From the NCBI GenBank assembly GCA_001938485.1, contig MQRK01170126.1, forward strand, positions 1-52,070: a stretch of 52,070 bases of DNA, in the 5' to 3' direction. Below are positions 48,611 to 52,070 of the stretch, piece after piece (within the stretch, counting starts at the first letter, position 1; every line of letters begins with the position of its first letter). The notes under the pieces were generated by a model. That model did not search any database. It worked only from the letters and a program-made list of their open reading frames with translations, and was not told where the DNA came from. A program made the position numbers and the translations under genes. Source of the DNA: Girardia tigrina. Its lineage: Eukaryota.

Positions 48611-49659
48611 TTAGGTCTTCAAGTATGAAATTTGTAGGACTAAAGTCAAAATTTATTGATAATTTTCTAATACAAATATTTATGTCATTCATCAAAGTAT
48701 GCGCCCATATTATCGATTCACTTTTCAGATTTGAGCGGCAGCTTGTTGAGGCCGTTTGAATAGAAATTTGTTGGGCGAGAATCTATAAATTCCTGAAAGG
48801 CCATATTTATGGCCTCCAGAATTGAATTTTTTTCCCATCAAGAAATTGTTCAAGTTGAGGAAGAAATGGTAATCAGTTTGGGTTACCATTAGGTCCGGTG
48901 AGTAGGGAGTTTGTCAAAGTTATAACTCAAGTTCCTGTAGTTTTGTCATGGTCTTAAGTGCAGTATGTTTTTTTGCGTTGTTAAGAAACAATATGGGAGG
49001 AGACAAGTTTACCAAAACGCTGATGTTGTTCTTTGAGTTTCCGCATCAAATCCCATTGGTTGCAGTAGACATCTGCTGTAATCGACCATCCAGGTTTCAA
49101 GAATTCAAAATGGAATACGTTTTTGGTAGACAAACAAACACTACCGTCACCTTCCTTTGATGAATTTGGTGCTTTTGACTGTGTTTTTGTCCTTCATTTG
49201 TGTCCACCGACCTTACTGAACGTTATCATATTGGATCCACGTTAAATTACAAGTGACGATTCACTTTTTCTTCCGCTTTCTTTCAACTCCTGTTGAATTA
49301 ACTTATCAAACTTCTCCACTTTATTAACTTACGCTGAGTGATTCAATATTGTTTGCTTTGTCGAATTTTTATATCAATTTGAGAAAGTCTCCTACGGAGT
49401 AGCATTTTATCTTAATAAACTATTGATTTTTTGCATGGTGTCTGATGCTGTTTTCAAAGTACGAACTTGTACTTTATAATATTATTGAATTTTAAAAAAG
49501 TTATCAATCTTTTTAATTAATTTAACTGAACTGTTCAATAGCCAAGATATGCAACAATCAAATAAAAAAACTGAGCAACAAAATGTTAAGTCATTGTAAA
49601 AGTATAACTATTTGAATTTATAGTAATTATGCCCACAAACTTCATTCTTGACAACCTAA
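48611..49659 (-). mobile_element. mariner (cecropia-like, same family as 43008-43641), both TIRs present, decayed
   Basis: TA|ttaggtcttcaagtatgaaatttgtagg ... cccacaaacttcattcttgacaacctaa|TA; remnants IHQRKVTVVF and ITADVYCNQ. Confidence 0.85.
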
Positions 49660-50581
49660 TATATCATTATTTTAATAAAAATATAAAATATTATATTTCA
49701 ATTAATACTCAGCCTTGTGAGATTATATTTCATGTTTAATTATATTTAGAGATTAAATTTTCAACAGGACTTACAAAACGTATTTAATAAATTATTGTTT
49801 AGTTTTAAATTTGAAATATTAAAACTAAATTAATATAAATATTTTTTGATAATAAAAATAGTAATTCGCATAATAGATGAATAAAAAAGTGATTTCTTGA
49901 ATTATTTATAGCGAACATTTACTTTTCATTATTATTATAATTATTTTTATAATTTTTATTATGATTATATAATTAAGAAAATATCTTTTGATAATCAATG
50001 TGACCCCATTATATATAGAAATATAAAAATGAAGAAAATTATGTTCATTAGCTTGACAGATGAATCTATGGAAATAATTAATTTATTTTATGTCAATATA
50101 ATCTCATTTGTTACACAGAAATATTTCTAGAGATCTAAATAAAGGATAAATTGAATTACTTTTCAAATTATAAATGGCTATTTAATTCTTAGCTATTTTG
50201 TTTTAATGATACCTACGATATTTCCTATAGAATAAACAAGCAAAAACTTGCATTTACAATAACTTTTAGTTTTTAATATTTGCAACTAAAATATGTTTTT
50301 AGTTAATAAAAGTTGAAGAGAAATATAATGAATAGTTTTTTTGGTTTTCTTATTGAAGAACTAATTATATTATATTTTGAGTCGTAAAAGACAAAATAAT
50401 TTATATCTGGAAAGTAATATGGCTAACCGAACGTTGAATGGTAGATGATGCCTCTTATCTTTAATATAATGATAAAGCGTAAATAAAAATATGAGTTTAT
50501 ATTACACCAAATATAATAATATAAAGTGATAGAACAACGTAATGATAGAAAACAAAAGATCAAAATCGATCGACAGGAGCG

Positions 50582-50617
<36 letters not shown>

Positions 50618-50654
50618 GAAAATATAATTTGATTAAAGCTTATTTTATATAATT

Positions 50655-50696
50655 ATTGGACATGTTTCGATGTTTACATACATCATCATCAGCAAT
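50655..50696 (-). ncRNA. Minimal type I hammerhead ribozyme, intact core
   Basis: ATTG-CTGATGA-T-GATG-tatgtaaa-CATC-GAAAC-AT-GTC-CAAT. Confidence 0.8.
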
Positions 50697-50772
50697 TTTC
50701 GGATGTTTAATATATGAATATTGAATACTAAATACTAATACAATTCAATATTTATATACTAAACATCCGAAA

Positions 50773-50814
50773 ATTGCTGATGATGATGAATGTAAACATC
50801 GAAACATGTACAAT
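50773..50814 (+). ncRNA. Minimal type I hammerhead ribozyme, intact core (GUA triplet)
   Basis: ATTG-CTGATGA-T-GATG-aatgtaaa-CATC-GAAAC-AT-GTA-CAAT. Confidence 0.8.
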
Positions 50815-51913
50815 AATTATGTAAGAAAAGCTTTAATCAAATTATATTTTCGAAATGCTTAACTTGCGTTCACAAGTATCTTCAATATATCTTCTTACTG
50901 AGAAACGACACGATACGATAGAGTTTCCTAATTGAGAATGAATCTTCTGTTCTCGAGTGTATCGGTACTGTCTTCTGTCTGAATTCGTATGAGCAGTTAT
51001 GTTGGATAAGTAAATCGAAAGATTAGTGATTGATTGTTAGTCACTGATAAAAGTTCTGATATGACAAATATGACTGTCAGATATTGAAAGCGTCAATATT
51101 GTACAGTGTTGACCGAGCCGAGGTAATATCACTTGGACGTTTGTAGAAACACTGGTGACAAAACTTATGATTTTCGACGATTGAAAATGGAAAGTAGAAT
51201 CGTAATTGTTGATTTTAATTAATAATTTTATTGATTTTTTAAAATATCAATTTTAATTTTTAATAAACAACTATGTATATATTTTATTTATAAATAATAA
51301 AATAGATAATTACAATAACCATTAAAAATATATTAACCTTAAGTAGTCTGTCCGTTTGTTTGTAACATTATTTTAACATTTTAATGTCTGGTTTGAACAA
51401 TTTATTTGAACAATAAAAATGTAACTAAGAAATCCTTTGAAACTAAATCAAAAAAATGGATTAAAATAATTATTTTCTTGTGATTTAACATTTTCTCAAC
51501 GATAATTTTGAAAATTCGAAACAATTTTTTTTGATATTTCAAATAAAAATTTGGTAAAAAATATTATTTTTTAACTTCATGAAATTGTAAAATTAGATTT
51601 AATTTATTGATAAAACATATCGGCGAGTTTATAAAGGGATAAAAATTTCATTATTAGAAGGTTTAACATTTACGAAGGGAGAGAGATAAAAGAATTATCA
51701 GTTGTTAAATAAACATTTTATATGTTTATTAAACAAATGAAAGATTAATTTGTTTTTTTTGTAATTTATTTTTTATTATATAAAGAGAGGATATCTATTT
51801 AAAAGGAATATATAAAACAGCTTTGCAAAACAGTATAATTAAAATATTTAGAAATACATGGCATTACGAGCAGAAGAAATGAAGAAAAAAGGTAAATGGT
51901 AAATTATATATAA

Positions 51914-52020
51914 CTAGCGCGCTCGGCCCGCTTCGCGGCCCTCTCTTGCCGGGGGTTCAATTTTTTTTATATTATAAAAGCCCAAGTCACTCACTGCCTG
52001 CCTCACTGCCTCACTAATGC
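51914..52020. mobile_element. Helitron termini: 3' end on the minus strand and a 5'-end-like segment on the plus strand
   Basis: Minus strand gggccgcgaagcgggccgagcgcgCTAG|t (hairpin plus CTAG, 51914-51941); plus strand tatattataaaagcccaagtcactcactgcctgcctcact (51968-52020). Confidence 0.6.
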
Positions 52021-52070
52021 TGTAAGTTAAATTTTTGAAATAATAACAGAATTTTTCATAATAAATTGAT

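Larger units (their letters stand above)
50586..50890. mobile_element. Fold-back of two Penelope pLTRs (same family as 3561-4070), no coding sequence
   Basis: About 110-bp inverted arms at 50617-50727 and 50743-50853 with a short spacer; preceded by (TA)n at 50586-50614. The right arm continues into aacttgcgttcacaag, the reverse complement of 3623-3638. Confidence 0.9.

Overview
Very AT-rich eukaryotic scaffold with six larger assembly gaps. I found no intact host gene; the window is essentially a transposon graveyard. The element mix (mariner, Chapaev3, Charlie/Buster hAT, Penelope, Ty3/gypsy, Helitron ends) points to an invertebrate, possibly a planarian-like genome (inference only). DNA transposons: seven mariner copies or fragments from about four families, one Chapaev3 element plus a second fragment, one hAT remnant and MITE-like repeats. 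Retroelements: at least seven Penelope-like fragments and two decayed gypsy pol regions. Four signals stand out. (1) A 422-bp GC-rich insertion with a 10-bp target-site duplication whose 5' end folds by hand into a complete HDV-like ribozyme (37089-37183, minus strand). (2) Penelope-derived fold-back units carrying minimal hammerhead ribozymes on both arms (3561-4070, 50586-50890). (3) An intronless, disabled RBMX2/Snu17 RRM fragment between Penelope parts (45086-45580). (4) A 21-bp minisatellite presenting RFX X-box motifs every 42 bp. All homologies are motif recognition from memory and manual translation or folding; no searches were run.
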